DNA from: Myxococcota bacterium
Lineage (GTDB): Bacteria; Myxococcota_A; Polyangia; Polyangiales; Sandaracinaceae
DNA length: 46,149 nucleotides
Assembly: GCA_036149055.1 (NCBI GenBank)
Contig: JAYZQJ010000044.1
Span: 1-46,149 of the forward strand
Direction: 5' to 3'
The notes below the pieces were generated by a model. The model searched no databases and had not been told where the DNA came from. It was given only the letters and a program-made list of their open reading frames with translations. Position numbers and translations under genes: made by a program. Of the stretch, positions 11,394-20,840 are shown in pieces; position 1 is the stretch's first letter; each line of letters opens with the position of its first letter.

Positions 11394-12248
11394 ATGCGGG
11401 TGACGCCAGAGGTGGGGCTACCGGTGGGAGACCGGTACACACTGATCGGGCCGCTGGGGGAGGGAGGCCTGGGCACCGTCTGGGAGGCCGAGGACGCCTC
11501 GCTGCGTCGCCGGGTCGCCATCAAGCTCGCCCGCGCCGACACTCCGCTGACCGACGAGCACCTCGCCCGCATCGAGCGCGAGGCGCGGCTCGTCGCGCAG
11601 CTCGACCATCCCCACGTCGTGCGCGTGTACGACTACGGGGTCGACGCCGGCTTCGGGCCGTTCATCGCGATGGAGCTCCTCCGCGGCCACAGCCTCGAGG
11701 ACGAGCTGGAGGAGAAGGGCACGATTCGCCTCAAGGAGATCATCGAGTGGCTGGCCCCGGTCGCCCATGCGCTCGACGAGCTCCACCACCGCGGCGTGGT
11801 CCACCGGGACGTGAAGCCGCCGAACATGATGCGGGTCGAGCAGCGCGGTGAGCCGATGGTGAAGCTCCTCGACTTCGGCATCGCCGCGTTCCTCGACGGA
11901 CACGAGCGCCTGACCGAGACCGGCTGCATCGTGGGCACCCCGGAGTACATGGCGCCCGAGGTCGTCGAAGGTGCGCTCGCGACCGCGTCGAGCGACGTCT
12001 ACGCGCTGGCGGTGGTGGCGTACGAGTCGCTCTCCGGCGCGCTCCCGCATCAGGGCGGCTCGCCGATGGAGATCCTGCGCGCGAAGGCGACCCGGCCCGC
12101 CCACGCCCTCTCCGAGAGCACCGGCCGCATGTTCTCGCTGCCCCTCGAGGAGGCCTTCGCGCGGGCGCTCCACCGCGATCCGAGGCACCGCTGCCGGAGC
12201 GCGGGGGAGCTGGTGGACCTGCTCCGCGGGTGCATCCGCGGCCGTTGA
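11394..12248 (+). CDS. Ser/Thr protein kinase (catalytic domain only)
   Basis: LGEGGLG, VAIK, HRDVKPPN, DFG and GTPEYMAPE motifs. Confidence 0.93.
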   Translation: MRVTPEVGLPVGDRYTLIGPLGEGGLGTVWEAEDASLRRRVAIKLARADTPLTDEHLARIEREARLVAQLDHPHVVRVYDYGVDAGFGPFIAMELLRGHSLEDELEEKGTIRLKEIIEWLAPVAHALDELHHRGVVHRDVKPPNMMRVEQRGEPMVKLLDFGIAAFLDGHERLTETGCIVGTPEYMAPEVVEGALATASSDVYALAVVAYESLSGALPHQGGSPMEILRAKATRPAHALSESTGRMFSLPLEEAFARALHRDPRHRCRSAGELVDLLRGCIRGR

Positions 12249-12302
12249 CCCGGTTCGATCTGCTAGCGTGTCCCTCGCCCGGGATGGAGCGAGGGGAGAG
12301 GT

Positions 12303-14465
12303 ATGGACGCGGTCAACAGGATGGTCGACGCGCAGTGGGCGGTCGACGGAGTGGAGCCGGTGGGCTGGAGGCCCGTGGGCGCCACGCTTCGAGAGGCGCT
12401 GAACGAGCCCTACGTGCTCACGCTGGATCTCCTCCGGGATCAGGCGGGGCAGGACGCGCAGCCCTTCCTCGGTAGGCGCTGCACCCTGCGCCTCAGCCGG
12501 GGCGGCGTGGACCAGACGCTGCACGGCATCGTCACCCGGGTGCGCGACGAGGAGGAGGAGGCCGACCACGGGGCGCACGCGCGGCTCACGATCGAGCCGG
12601 CCTTCGCCGCGCTCCGGCACCGGATCGACACCCGCATCTTCCAGGACATGACGATCCCGCAGATCCTGGAGCGCGTGCTCGGGCAGGGGCTCGGGCCGTT
12701 CGGTCGCTCGGTGTCGCTCGACCTCCGGGAGAGCTACCCGGCGCGCGAGTTCACGGTGCAGTACCGCGAGAGCGATCTCGACTTCGCGTGCCGCCTCATG
12801 GAGGAGGAGGGCATCGGCTTCCACTTCGAGCACCCCGACGAGGCCGAGGTGCTCACCCTCTTCGACGCTCGCGAGCACCACGCGGCCGCGCGGGGCGAGG
12901 ACGGGCACACGCTGCCGTTCAGCGACCGCGAGGACGGCTGGCGCGGAGGGCGCGAGCACGTCCTGACGCTCAGCCCGGAGCGCACGATCACCGGCACCGG
13001 GGTCTCGACCAACGCGTTCGACTGGACGCACCCGGAGCGGCCGATCGTCGGCACCACGCTCGAGGCGCCGGAGCAGGCGGTGCTCGAGGACTACGTGGTC
13101 GACGCGCCGATCACCCTTCACGACTACGCGGGCGCCTACCGGGATCACGACGCGCTGCGCCGGCTCCGCGTGCACCGCGAGCTGCAGACCCGCGACGGCG
13201 AGCGCTTCGCCGGGCGGACCACCTCGCTCGCGCTCCGGGCCGGCGTGCGCTGGGCGCTCTCGGGTCACCCGCGCTTCGAGCTCGACCGGGAGCTCGTGGT
13301 GACGGAGGTGGAGCACCGCTGGGGGCGCCACACCGACGACGCCGGAGACGAGGCGGCGGACGGCGACTACCTGAACGTGATCCGCTGCCTGCCCGCCGAG
13401 ACGCCCTGGCGCCCGGACCGGGTGCGCCCGAAGCCGCGGGCCTACGGCCTCCAGACGGCGATCGTGGTCGGGCCGCCGAGCGAGGAGATCCACACCGACG
13501 AGCACGGCCGGATCAAGGTGCACTTCCACTGGGACCGGCACGGCAACCGGACCGACGCCGACTCCTGCTGGCTCCGCGTCGTGCAGAACATGGGCGGCTC
13601 GGGCTGGGGCTTCTCGTTCGTGCCGCGCATCGGCATGGAGGTCGCCATCTCGTTCGTGGACGGCGATCCCGACCGGCCGATCGTGACCGGCGCGATCTAC
13701 AACCCGGACAACCCGCCGCCCCTGAACCTGCCGGAGAACAAGACGCGCACGACCATCCGGAGCAACTCGTCTCCGGGCGGCGGCGGCTTCAACGAGCTGC
13801 GGCTCGAGGACCTCGCCGGCCACGAGGAGATCTTCCTCCACGGGCAGAAGGACTGGAACACGATCATCCGGAACGACCTGACCCGCTCGGTCGGTCACGA
13901 CGAGGCGCAGCAGGTCACCCGGAACCGCTCGCGCTCGGTCGGGGTGGACGAGTCGGTCTCGGTCGGTCGCAACCGGCAGCACTCGGTCGGCGAGAGCGAG
14001 ACCATCCAGGTCGGCACCGATCGGGTGCGGCAGGTCGGGCGCGACGAGGACGTGCTCATCCAGCGGAACGCGACCCACACCATCCTCGGCAGCCTCACCC
14101 GCACCATCAAGGACGCGTTCGGCGACAACATCGCCAAGAGCCTGGTGCAGAACATCGGCATCAACCGGCTCATCAACGTGCTCGGCTTCAGCGAGACGCA
14201 GATCGTCTTGCACGAGAAGCGTCAGATCGGCACCAGCCGCGAGACCAAGATCGGCGAGGACGACGTGCTCGACGTGAAGGGCGACTGGAACGTGAAGGTC
14301 GGCGGCAAGGTGCGCATCGAGGCGGGCGACGCGTCGATCACGCTCGAGGACGGCAACATCACCATCGCCGGCGCGGACATCATCCTCGAGGGCAGCGGCC
14401 AGATCGTCGAGCGCGCCACCGGGGACGTCGCCATCAACGGCGCCACCATCAAGCTGAACTGCTGA
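12303..14465 (+). CDS. vgrG: Type VI secretion tip protein VgrG (TssI)
   Basis: RIFQ, VQYRESD..F..RLMEEEG, EEIHTDEHGRIKV.F.WDR, SCWLRV, PRIGMEV, GDPDRP and NEL motifs; 8-residue gp5-like beta-helix repeats; ends IKLNC. Start could be 12321. Confidence 0.95.
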   Translation: MDAVNRMVDAQWAVDGVEPVGWRPVGATLREALNEPYVLTLDLLRDQAGQDAQPFLGRRCTLRLSRGGVDQTLHGIVTRVRDEEEEADHGAHARLTIEPAFAALRHRIDTRIFQDMTIPQILERVLGQGLGPFGRSVSLDLRESYPAREFTVQYRESDLDFACRLMEEEGIGFHFEHPDEAEVLTLFDAREHHAAARGEDGHTLPFSDREDGWRGGREHVLTLSPERTITGTGVSTNAFDWTHPERPIVGTTLEAPEQAVLEDYVVDAPITLHDYAGAYRDHDALRRLRVHRELQTRDGERFAGRTTSLALRAGVRWALSGHPRFELDRELVVTEVEHRWGRHTDDAGDEAADGDYLNVIRCLPAETPWRPDRVRPKPRAYGLQTAIVVGPPSEEIHTDEHGRIKVHFHWDRHGNRTDADSCWLRVVQNMGGSGWGFSFVPRIGMEVAISFVDGDPDRPIVTGAIYNPDNPPPLNLPENKTRTTIRSNSSPGGGGFNELRLEDLAGHEEIFLHGQKDWNTIIRNDLTRSVGHDEAQQVTRNRSRSVGVDESVSVGRNRQHSVGESETIQVGTDRVRQVGRDEDVLIQRNATHTILGSLTRTIKDAFGDNIAKSLVQNIGINRLINVLGFSETQIVLHEKRQIGTSRETKIGEDDVLDVKGDWNVKVGGKVRIEAGDASITLEDGNITIAGADIILEGSGQIVERATGDVAINGATIKLNC

Positions 14466-14466
14466 C

Positions 14467-15498
14467 ATGGCCGAGGTCTCCGACGACTCCATGCCGGGGC
14501 TGGGCATCGCCCGCCTCGGAGATCCGACCGCCTCCGGCGGCGCCATCACCACCGGGGACATCTCGGTGCTCATCGAGGGCGTCGCGGTGGCGCGCCTCGG
14601 CGACGTGGTGACCGACCCGCTCCTGATGGGGTGTGGGCAGGTCTCCACCCACGCGCCCAACGTCTACGCGGTGAGCTCTCCGGTCGCGCGTCAGCTCGAT
14701 CGAGCCGCCCCGAGCGCCGGCGCCGCGGCGGCGGGACGCCCGGGCGTGCTCGGGCCGAACAGCCGCGGCGAGACCCTCGAGGGCGACCCCGACGGCTCGC
14801 ACGCCTACTCGCGCCACGCGATGAGCGACGGCACCCAGCACGCCGAGGCGCGCATCGTGCAGTACCAGGGCACCTACGGCGACGACGTCGCGAACGCGAC
14901 CTCGGGCGGGGTCCCCGGCCGGGTCAGCGGCGGCGACTACGCGCTCGGCGAGGGCCGCGCGATGCTCTCGCAGTCGTCCGAGCAGGGCTTCGCGCTCGAG
15001 GGCGCGGCCGAGGCGACGCTCGCCCGGGTGAGCGGGACCGAGATGCTGACCAACGGCCAGGGCAGCTCGGTCTACGCCTCCGGGCTCGGTCGAGCCGGCA
15101 CCGCGCGGGCGAGCGGGACCGCGCTCCTCGGCCGCAACCCGGAGACGGGCGACGCGGGCGTCGGCGTGCAGGGCGAGCTGATGGCGGCCGCGCTCGAGGG
15201 CGAGGTGAGCGGCGGCTGGGAGTTCCCCTTCTTCGGCTGCCGCTGGGGCGGCAACGTGACCGGCGGAGGCAGCCTCGCCTCGCTCGGCGCCGGCGGGCGC
15301 GCGGAGATGGGCTGGGACGGAACCGATCAGCGCTACGAGCTCGGCCTCGGCGGCAAGCTCGCCGCGCTGGTCGGGCTCAAGGCCGACGTCGAGCTCTGGG
15401 GCACCTGCGCCTCGGACGCGCCGGAGAGCGGGGCGCAGGGCGGCGGCCCGGCCCAGATCGCCCGAGGCGCCTCGACGGTGATCGTGGGGGACCGGTGA
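14467..15498 (+). CDS. PAAR-domain protein with a large internal Gly/Ala-rich insertion (candidate specialised effector)
   Basis: IARLGD, VLIEG..VARLGD and PVARQLD at the N-terminus. The closing PAAR strand IARGASTVIVGD is at the extreme C-terminus. Starts 1 bp after vgrG. Confidence 0.8.
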   Translation: MAEVSDDSMPGLGIARLGDPTASGGAITTGDISVLIEGVAVARLGDVVTDPLLMGCGQVSTHAPNVYAVSSPVARQLDRAAPSAGAAAAGRPGVLGPNSRGETLEGDPDGSHAYSRHAMSDGTQHAEARIVQYQGTYGDDVANATSGGVPGRVSGGDYALGEGRAMLSQSSEQGFALEGAAEATLARVSGTEMLTNGQGSSVYASGLGRAGTARASGTALLGRNPETGDAGVGVQGELMAAALEGEVSGGWEFPFFGCRWGGNVTGGGSLASLGAGGRAEMGWDGTDQRYELGLGGKLAALVGLKADVELWGTCASDAPESGAQGGGPAQIARGASTVIVGDR

Positions 15499-16592
15499 CC
15501 GAGAGCTTCCCGCTCCCGGACGCCGCGCCCGACGGCTACGTGCGCGCGCAGGTCTTCGTCGAGGAGGCGCCGGCGCTGGCCTGCTCCACCGTCCTTCCCG
15601 CCCACTTCCGGCCGGTGCGCGCGCCGGTGAAGGTGCCGGGGCGCGATCGCCTCATCGGCACGCTCGGCACGTTCCGCGACCCCGACGACAAGCGACCGGT
15701 CGAGGTCGAGATCGTCTGCGGCTGGCTGGAGCGCGAGGTGAGCCCGGCCGACTGGCTCGGCGGCCTGCTCAGGATGCTCGACGCCGAGGTCGTGCACCGC
15801 CGCGACCTGCCGCGCGAGAAGGGCGGCGACGCCGTCGACCTGCTGACCCGGCGCGCGGTGGGCGGCGACACCTTCGTCTCGCGCTGGTCGGTGCACAAGG
15901 AGGGGCGCAACGACGGCGCCCACGTCTTCGCCGTCGAGGCGCGCGCCCGGAGCGACGTCTACGCCGACGCGGCCGAGTCGCTCGCCCTCGCCGCCGGCGG
16001 CTTCGCGCCCGACGCGCCGTCGGCCTGGCCCTACGCCGAGCGCCTGAAGGGCATCGGCCGCGGTCAGCCGGGCGACTTCCACACCTACTACCCGCTCAGC
16101 TGGAAGGCGGGCGAGCTCCCGGCCGAAGACGGCACGCAGAAGATCGTCGTCGACCGCGAGGTCGGCGGCGAGGTGCTCGCGCAGATCGAGCTGCGGGTCG
16201 GCGTGGACCTGACGCCGGACGAGCTGACCTCGATGTATCTGCTGCCGATGGCGGAGCGAGGCCTGGCGCCGGAGCTCGCGCCGCTCGCCGAGCGCGCGCC
16301 CTTCGGCGGCCTGGAGGCGGCGTGGGAGACCCGCGGCACCGCTGCGCCTTCCGATCATCGCGGGGCCCCGCCGATCGACCTTCATCTCACGCTCGGCACC
16401 CGCGGCCCGGTGACCTACCTGTTCGGCCTCTTCGGCCCGTCCCGCGCCCTCGCCCCCGACCTCGCCGCCGTGCACGAGCGCGCCTACGGCACGGTCCTCG
16501 AGCAGCTCGTCACCGCCGACGTGTCAGCTCGTGAGCCAGGCGGTGAGGATGGCGGTGAAGGCGAGGAGCCCGAGGGCGGCGGCGCCGAGTAG
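15495..16592 (+). CDS. Hypothetical protein coupled to the PAAR gene (candidate immunity protein or adaptor)
   Basis: GTGA overlap with the PAAR stop; 365 aa of globular-looking sequence; no signal peptide seen. Confidence 0.7.
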   Translation: MTESFPLPDAAPDGYVRAQVFVEEAPALACSTVLPAHFRPVRAPVKVPGRDRLIGTLGTFRDPDDKRPVEVEIVCGWLEREVSPADWLGGLLRMLDAEVVHRRDLPREKGGDAVDLLTRRAVGGDTFVSRWSVHKEGRNDGAHVFAVEARARSDVYADAAESLALAAGGFAPDAPSAWPYAERLKGIGRGQPGDFHTYYPLSWKAGELPAEDGTQKIVVDREVGGEVLAQIELRVGVDLTPDELTSMYLLPMAERGLAPELAPLAERAPFGGLEAAWETRGTAAPSDHRGAPPIDLHLTLGTRGPVTYLFGLFGPSRALAPDLAAVHERAYGTVLEQLVTADVSAREPGGEDGGEGEEPEGGGAE

Positions 16593-17942
16593 GACGAAGT
16601 GGATCGTGGTGAGCTGCGGCCCCGAGGCCCGCGAGGGGCGGGGCGGCGGCGCCTGATCCAGCGGGGCTCGCTCGAGCGGCTGCGTCGTCTTCGGCGTGTG
16701 CGCGAGCGGCGAGGGCACGTCGATGAAGCTCTCGTCGGTGCGCTCCGCCTCCCAGTCCAGCTCGGGGGCGCGGATGAGCGGGTTCGTCTTGGGCGCGTTC
16801 TCCGCGCCGCCGTCGGCGAGCGCCATCGGCAGCGTCACGTGGGCGGCGCCGCTGACGACGGTGGGCTCGGCGGCGATCGGGTCGGGCGCGGGCGTCTCGC
16901 GATCGATCTCGGTGATCCCGTCGGCCTCGTCGTCGAACGACGGGAAGCGCTCCTGGTCGGTCTGCGCGTCTCGCTCGTCGAGCCCGCCGCCGGTCGGGAG
17001 CGCGAGGCTCAGGAGATCGTGGGTGTCGACGGTGTCGCTCGGCAGCTCGGTCGACGGAGGCGGCGCGGGAGGCTGGGGCGCGAAGGCGCCGAGGGCGGCC
17101 CGGCGCTCCTTCTCCTCGCGCGCCGGCACCAGCGGGCGCAGCGCGTGATGCAGATCGCGCGCGCCCGGTCGCTCGGAGGGCGACGCCGCGAGGAGCGCGT
17201 CGAGGATCTTCACGAGCGCCTCGGGCACGTCGGGGGCCACGTCCGGCACCGGGTCGTAGCTCACGAGCCGGACCTTGATCAGCGTCGCGAGCGGCGTGGG
17301 CCCGTCGAACGGCGGCTGCCCGGTCACCGCGTGATAGAGGGTCGCGCCGAGCGAGAAGAGATCGGTCTTCTCGGTGATCGGGCGCTCGAGCGCCATCTCC
17401 GGCGAGAAGTAGATCGCCTCGGTGCCGACCCGGGAGGCCTCGATGGTGAGCCGCCGCTCGAGCGAGGCGGTCGCGAAGCCGTGTACCCGGGCGCGGCCCT
17501 CGCGGTCGATCGCGATCGCGTCCGGGGAGAGGGCGCGGTGGACCAGCGCGGGGCGCATCGCGTGGGCGGCCTCGAGCGCCTCGGCCACGTCCCGCGCGAT
17601 CAGCGCCGCCCACTCGGGCGGGAGCGGGCCCTCGTGCTGCGCCATGACCTCGGCGAGCGAGACGGTCGGCGCGTCCTCGTGCGCCACCCAGGCGAAGCCG
17701 TCGGCGACGCCGTGGTCGAGCGGGCGCATCGCGGGGCCGTCGACCGGCAGGCGCGAGGCGCTCGCCGCGTCCTCGAGGAAGAGATCGAGCTCGCGGGGAT
17801 CCTCCTCATCGGGGAGCCGGACCAGATCCAGCCGCACCGGTCCCGTGGCCTCACCGTCGGTGCGCCGCGCCTCGCGCGCGGCTCTCGGCGTCGTGTCGTC
17901 GAGAGGTTTCGCGAGGGTGTAGGGGCCGACCCGATCGAGCAT
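16524..17942 (-). CDS. Ser/Thr kinase-like pseudokinase with an acidic Pro/Thr tail and a C-terminal TM anchor
   Basis: Retains YFSPE and TDLFSLG..LY..TG.PPF. Has HRALSPDA in place of HRDLKPxN and HGF in place of DFG. No Gly-rich loop or VAIK lysine. Confidence 0.8.
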   Translation of the reverse strand: MLDRVGPYTLAKPLDDTTPRAAREARRTDGEATGPVRLDLVRLPDEEDPRELDLFLEDAASASRLPVDGPAMRPLDHGVADGFAWVAHEDAPTVSLAEVMAQHEGPLPPEWAALIARDVAEALEAAHAMRPALVHRALSPDAIAIDREGRARVHGFATASLERRLTIEASRVGTEAIYFSPEMALERPITEKTDLFSLGATLYHAVTGQPPFDGPTPLATLIKVRLVSYDPVPDVAPDVPEALVKILDALLAASPSERPGARDLHHALRPLVPAREEKERRAALGAFAPQPPAPPPSTELPSDTVDTHDLLSLALPTGGGLDERDAQTDQERFPSFDDEADGITEIDRETPAPDPIAAEPTVVSGAAHVTLPMALADGGAENAPKTNPLIRAPELDWEAERTDESFIDVPSPLAHTPKTTQPLERAPLDQAPPPRPSRASGPQLTTIHFVLLGAAALGLLAFTAILTAWLTS

Positions 17943-17994
17943 CCGCGAGGACTATAACGCGCCGACGTCGGGACGGTGCTGCTACCTTCCGCCC

Positions 17995-18810
17995 ATGAGC
18001 GGACGGACGAAGGTGGGCGTCGTACAGATCACCTCCACGGGCGACGTGGAGGCGAACCTCGCGGCGACCGAGCGCACCGTGAGCCAGGCGTCCGAGGACG
18101 GCGCGAAGCTGGTCCTGGTGCCGGAGTGCTTCGCCTACCTGGGCCCCGAGGACGGCAAGCTCGAGATCGCCGAGTCGCTCCCGGGCGGCGGGCCGATCCT
18201 CGCCCGCATGCAGAAGCTCGCGAAGGTGCGCGGCGTGGAGCTGGTGCTGGGCGGCTTCTGGGAGCGCGGCGAGGACCCGAAGAAGGTCCGGAACGCGTGC
18301 GTGCACCTCGACGCCGAAGGCCAGGTCCGGGCGATCTACCGGAAGATTCACCTCTTCGACGTCGACCTGCCGGACGGGGTGCGGCTCATGGAGTCGGAGA
18401 CCGTCGAGCCGGGCAGCGAGCCGGTCGTGACCGACGCCGCGCTGGGGAAGCTGGGCCTGAGCGTCTGCTACGACCTCCGCTTCCCGGAGCTCTACCGGAG
18501 GCTCGTCGACCAGGGCGCGATCGCCCTCGCGGTGCCGGCCGCCTTCACGCTCACCACCGGCAAGGACCACTGGCACGTGCTCCTCCGCGCCCGCGCGATC
18601 GAGTCGCAGTGCTACGTGCTCGCCGCCGCGCAGACCGGCCACCACTACGGGCGCCGCAACAGCTACGGGCACGCGCTGATCTGCGACCCGTGGGGCACCG
18701 TGCTCGCGGAGTGCGGCGAAGGCGAGGGCGCGGCGGTGGCCGCGGTCGATCCCGAGGTCGTCGCCCGCGTCCGGCGCGGCCTGCCCAGCCTCGCGCACCG
18801 CGTCCTGTGA
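17995..18810 (+). CDS. Carbon-nitrogen hydrolase (Nit1/deaminated glutathione amidase-like)
   Basis: E-K-C triad motifs VPEC, YRKIHLFD and CYDLRFPE; also RARAIE and YGH. Confidence 0.92.
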   Translation: MSGRTKVGVVQITSTGDVEANLAATERTVSQASEDGAKLVLVPECFAYLGPEDGKLEIAESLPGGGPILARMQKLAKVRGVELVLGGFWERGEDPKKVRNACVHLDAEGQVRAIYRKIHLFDVDLPDGVRLMESETVEPGSEPVVTDAALGKLGLSVCYDLRFPELYRRLVDQGAIALAVPAAFTLTTGKDHWHVLLRARAIESQCYVLAAAQTGHHYGRRNSYGHALICDPWGTVLAECGEGEGAAVAAVDPEVVARVRRGLPSLAHRVL

Positions 18811-18844
18811 GATGGCAGCGCGCGGAGAAGACGACTGCGCGCTG

Positions 18845-19231
18845 CTACGCGCCGCGGGCGTGCCAGCGATCGAAGGCGCCGAGCACGTGCACGTCGAAGC
18901 CGGCGGCGCGCAGCACGAGGTCCGCCTGCGGGGCGTCCTCGCCGTCGCGCGAGTAGACGACGATCGGGCGATCGCGGGGCAGCTCGTGCAGGCGATCCTG
19001 GAGCTCGGTGATCGGGATGTTGATCGCCCCCTCGAGGTGCCGGCCCGCGTACTCCATGTGCGGGCTGACGTCGACGAGCAGCGCGCCCGAGATCACCAGC
19101 CGCATCGCCTGCTCGCCGCTCACGCGGTGGCTCTCCGGCAAGGGGTCGTGCCCCGTCGCCGGGATGGACCCGCCGCACCCGAGCAGCCCGATCGCCAGCG
19201 CGCACCACAGCCTCTGCATCGTCACCTCCAC
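18845..19231 (-). CDS. Rhodanese-like domain lipoprotein (active-site Cys replaced by Ser)
   Basis: Lipobox LLGC; LVDV..EY..H..GA.NIP; IVVYSRDG. Start could be 19219. Confidence 0.8.
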   Translation of the reverse strand: MEVTMQRLWCALAIGLLGCGGSIPATGHDPLPESHRVSGEQAMRLVISGALLVDVSPHMEYAGRHLEGAINIPITELQDRLHELPRDRPIVVYSRDGEDAPQADLVLRAAGFDVHVLGAFDRWHARGA

Positions 19232-19274
19232 GGGGATCGGTGAACGGCTCGTCGGCTGGGCACTGAACTACGTA

Positions 19275-20723
19275 TCAGCCGCGATCGAGCTTCGCGCGGA
19301 GGGTCTCGTAGGCGCTGGTGCCGCGCAGGCTGGCCAGGTCCTCGTCCCTCTCGAGGTGCTCGAGGTCGTCGTAGCCGGAGTCGACGGCGCGCTCGAGCCA
19401 GGCGATCGCGCGATCCGGTCGGCGCGCTCGGGCGTGAGAGCAGGCGGCGTTGTAGGCGTGGTCGGCGCCGCCGGTCCGCTCCCAGAGGACGCGCGCGAGC
19501 TCGGCCGCCGCGTCGAAGCGGCCGTCACGGAAGAGCGACGCCTCCACCAATGCGCCCCGCTCCGGATCGGTGCCCACCGCGTCGCCGGCCTCCTCGTGGC
19601 GGTCGAGCATCGTCAGCGCGTAGGCGCGCAGCAGCGCGCGCTCCCCCTCCTCGGCCTCCGGGTCGAGCCCCTCCGCGCAGGCGAGCGCCTCCTCCCAGCG
19701 TCCGCCGCGGAGGGCCACCAGGCTGCCGAGCGCGGGCGACGGCTCGTGGCTCTCGCGCATGACCTGCACGTTGGCGGCGGCGCCGTCGGTGTCGCCGGCG
19801 AGCAGCCGGGCCCAGGCGGAGAGCTCGCGGGCGGTCGCGCGATCGTCGGCCGACTCCAGCTCGGGCAGCACGCCGCGCTCGAGGTCTTCGGCGAGCCGGG
19901 CCCAGTCCGCGGCCCGCGCGCCGTAGAGCACCCGGCCGACGAGGCGCTCCGCCGACCGGTGCCCCGCTGCCTCATCCCAGGCGAGCGCCCGGCGCGCCCG
20001 CTCGAGGGCCTCCCGCGGCGGGAGGGGCCGGCTCGAGCGCGCGGGGCGGGGATCCGAGAAGGCGCGCGCGGCCTGGCGGAGCGAGAGGCCGAGCAGCAGG
20101 CCGAGCCAGGCCGTGGTCAGGCTGAAGCCGAAGGTCATCACCACCCAGGCGAGCAGCGGGACGGCGACGAGGAAGGTCACCACCGCGGCGGGCTTGCGGC
20201 CCTTGCCGCCGGTGAGGCGATCGGCGAGCGCCTCGACCGCGTGGCCTCCGTCCCAGGGGAGCATCGGCAGCAGGTTGATGATGCCCCAGCCGACGTTGAC
20301 GTAGAGCAGGATCGTGTAGAGCTCCCGCGCGGCCCAGTGCGCGTGGGCCACGTCGGCCAGCTGGCCGACCGCGAACACGATCGCGCCCACCGCGAAGCCG
20401 GCGAAGGGGCCGGCGAGGCTCACCCAGAGGCGCTGGGTCGCGCTCGGGGTGGGTCCGCGCCCCCAGCTCGTGTGGCCGCCCATGCCGTGCAGGGCGATCG
20501 ACGGGGAGTAGCCGTAGTGGCGCATCGCGAAGGCGTGGCCGAGCTCGTGCCAGATCACGCCGACGGCGCCGACGCCGAGCCAGATCGCGAGCCCCACCAG
20601 CACCTCGGGCGTCCACTCGCCGCTGCGGGGTGCCCCGAGGAACAGCAGGATCATGAAGAACCAAGGGCTGACCCGGATGGGGAATCCGAAGAGGCGCGGC
20701 CCGGTCTCGGTCTCGGCGCTCAC
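19275..20723 (-). CDS. Site-2 protease (M50 family) with a C-terminal TPR-like region
   Basis: HELGH, SLAGP and NLLPMLPWDGG motifs; C-terminal YNAAC..A...AIAWLERAV and D.DL..LR; GTG start at 20723. Confidence 0.88.
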   Translation of the reverse strand: MSAETETGPRLFGFPIRVSPWFFMILLFLGAPRSGEWTPEVLVGLAIWLGVGAVGVIWHELGHAFAMRHYGYSPSIALHGMGGHTSWGRGPTPSATQRLWVSLAGPFAGFAVGAIVFAVGQLADVAHAHWAARELYTILLYVNVGWGIINLLPMLPWDGGHAVEALADRLTGGKGRKPAAVVTFLVAVPLLAWVVMTFGFSLTTAWLGLLLGLSLRQAARAFSDPRPARSSRPLPPREALERARRALAWDEAAGHRSAERLVGRVLYGARAADWARLAEDLERGVLPELESADDRATARELSAWARLLAGDTDGAAANVQVMRESHEPSPALGSLVALRGGRWEEALACAEGLDPEAEEGERALLRAYALTMLDRHEEAGDAVGTDPERGALVEASLFRDGRFDAAAELARVLWERTGGADHAYNAACSHARARRPDRAIAWLERAVDSGYDDLEHLERDEDLASLRGTSAYETLRAKLDRG

Positions 20724-20840
20724 GCCGCGAGTATGCGTCGCGCCGGAGCGGAATCCACCCTCGGGCGGACGAGGGAAGACGCGAGGGGCTTCGCCTGTAT
20801 ACTCTCGCCCGCACGCCATCCGCCTGCACTCGGAGGAATC

